A program made the position numbers and the translations under genes. This document shows, one piece after another, positions 62,380 through 64,000 of a stretch of 64,000 nt of DNA. The stretch covers positions 1,619,538 to 1,683,537 of the forward strand of contig CAVNZM010000016.1 of the NCBI GenBank assembly GCA_963693365.1, given 5' to 3'. The notes below the pieces were generated by a model. The model was given only the letters and a program-made list of their open reading frames with translations. It did no database searches and was not told where the DNA came from. The stretch is from Amoebidium appalachense. Its lineage: Eukaryota; Protista; Ichthyosporea. Every line of letters begins with the position of its first letter. The stretch's first letter is position 1.

Positions 62380-62383
62380 GACG

Positions 62384-62426
<43 letters not shown>

Positions 62427-62798
62427 TGACTGGCCCAGCCTAGTGCAGCAGGTGTTCACCGCAAACGGGCGGCCTGCAGCACTCCAGTTTGCCAGCCTGG
62501 TTGGGGAGACCTTTGCAACCGATTCGGGTCTCCACCAATCACTGGCCACGACACTGTCGATTGTGCCGGCCCCTAACCAATCAGCTCTCAGCGCCATAAG
62601 AGAGGCAGCACAGCATGAAGGTGAGATGGGTTTCCATTCCTCCTCTTCTTCCCCCCCCCCCCCCCTCCCCCAAACCAACCCACCCATCCACCCCCCACAC
62701 ACACACACACACGCACGCACGCACTCACACACACATACACCCACTCACCTTGTGTTGTCCGTTGTGAGTGTGTAGGTTGTGCTCTGTAACACATTCTT

Positions 62799-62830
<32 letters not shown>

Positions 62831-63128
62831 TTCTTCTCGCCCCCAGGGGTGGACTAGCTGTCATCATGCACCTCCCTGTTCTCTGTTTCCTGATTTGCTT
62901 GCCTATTTGACTGCCCCTTGTCTTTGTGCATGACTAACTTCTATGCCACCATGGTAGGCAAAAATGAGTGTGTGTGGAAGAGGACGGGGTGGTGGCCGGA
63001 TTAATAATAGTCAAGGGGTGGCATGCATTCAAATCATGTTCTATCAAACCCCAACCCCCTTCCTTCTCCTCCTCTCTCTTTCTCTCCCTCCCTCCCTCCC
63101 TGCCCCTGTCTCTCTTTTCCCTCTCCCC

Positions 63129-63166
<38 letters not shown>

Positions 63167-63659
63167 CCCCTCTCTCTCTCTCCTCCCTCCGCCCCATCCC
63201 CCTCCTCCTTCCCTTCCCTCTGCCTCTTGGTCGGCCCACCCACCCACAGACACGGGCGCGCGCGCGCGCGCACACACACACACACACTCTCTCTCTCTCT
63301 CTTTCTCTCTCCAATCCACAGCCGTTGCTCACACCTTGTCTCGTTTTGCTCAACTGGTTTCTTTCGGGATAAGTTTAGAGTAATCAGTGTGAGGTTTGTC
63401 CATGTTTGCCTCACACACACAATCATGCAATGGGGGTAGGGGTGGGTGTTTTCTTTCTTTCTTTCTTTCTTTCATTCCTTTTTTTTTTTTTTTTTTTTTT
63501 TGGGTGTGTGTGTGGGGGGGTTTTTTTTTGGGTGTGTGTGTGGGGCGGAGGGGGGGTTGGGGTGGGGGGGGGGGGGGGGGGGGGGGGGCCTGCTTGGTGA
63601 ATGGGATGGGGATGGATGTGGAGGTGTTTCGTGTACATTTGGGTGGGGTTGTTTTTTTG

Positions 63660-63696
<37 letters not shown>

Positions 63697-63818
63697 GAGG
63701 GTTGCAGCAGCTGCTAATATGGGGTTTTTTTTGTATAGGGGGGATGTCAGCTGACGCAGGTGCTGACAATATGGAATTGGGTGAGGAGGGGAGTGACTCG
63801 GACGATTTGGACCAATAG
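53993..63818 (+). CDS. F-box protein with At4g00755-like domain and C-terminal clathrin heavy-chain-linker-like domain (~625 aa)
   Basis: Phase-consistent GT-AG exons 53993-54318, 55680-55893, 56343-56579, 57444-57555, 58014-58079, 58686-58913, 59563-59708, 60602-60711, 61578-61755 and 62425-62620. The last exon is uncertain (63739/63751-63818 preferred). F-box LPPELLMHLLSFLSGQDVLRTRLVCRYW; middle domain ASTTD…FWSSTG…EYLIYEL…PFKALFQRGFPIYAP…GGYVRLDLYGKCQ. Confidence 0.85.
58088..58345 (+). mobile_element. Two adjacent degenerate SINE-like copies in an F-box gene intron
   Basis: GGGCCTTCCTGAGGATGGGCTCTGCTTA…TACTTCGTACT…GCATTCA plus poly-C, then GATGACTTGGGCCCTTCTTGAGGATGGGCTTAGCTTA. Confidence 0.65.
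60470..60601 (+). repeat. Four-copy ~32-nt minisatellite (core CTTACGTAAGCACATACC) at a 3' splice site
   Basis: Directly visible; the last unit supplies the acceptor CAG ending at 60601. Confidence 0.8.
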
Positions 63819-64000
63819 GACACTGCACCCATTCACTGTATGTCACGTGACTCGTGGAGGCCTTTCTTTTACCGAGATTTGTAGTGTGACCTATGTTGTC
63901 AATTTGAACATGCTGAATGCGGCGGCCCCCGCCTAAGATCCAGGTTGGCCCGGTGTATGGAGACTGAGTTTTTTATAAGGAAAAGTAGCATCTAGCTATG

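Overview
This is intron-rich eukaryotic genomic DNA. The CDC48 is animal-like, so I infer an opisthokont, possibly a unicellular holozoan. Most of the supplied ORF track is artefact from poly-C/poly-G, (CA)n/(TG)n, (CT)n and (CACT)n tracts. Manual splicing recovers four apparently functional genes: a C2H2 zinc-finger protein (+, ~1.0-2.7 kb), a PIG-X/PBN1-like protein (+, ~23.8-36.7 kb, at least 11 exons), CDC48/VCP (-, 43230-51677, 9 exons, 804 aa, all GT-AG), and an F-box protein head-to-head with CDC48 (+, 53993-~63818). The F-box protein joins an At4g00755-like domain to a clathrin heavy-chain-linker-like domain. There are also three copies of an F-box/LRR gene: two pseudogenes inside an inverted segmental duplication, and one orphan intact exon. 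Mobile elements comprise a 5'-truncated non-LTR retrotransposon RT ORF, a TTAA-flanked foldback MITE, a MITE built of palindromes, and a ~140-bp SINE-like family ending in poly-C. Poly-C and (CA)n are strongly biased to the sense strand of introns, and (CA)n often directly abuts the 3' splice site. All protein identifications come from motif recognition by eye; no database search was run.
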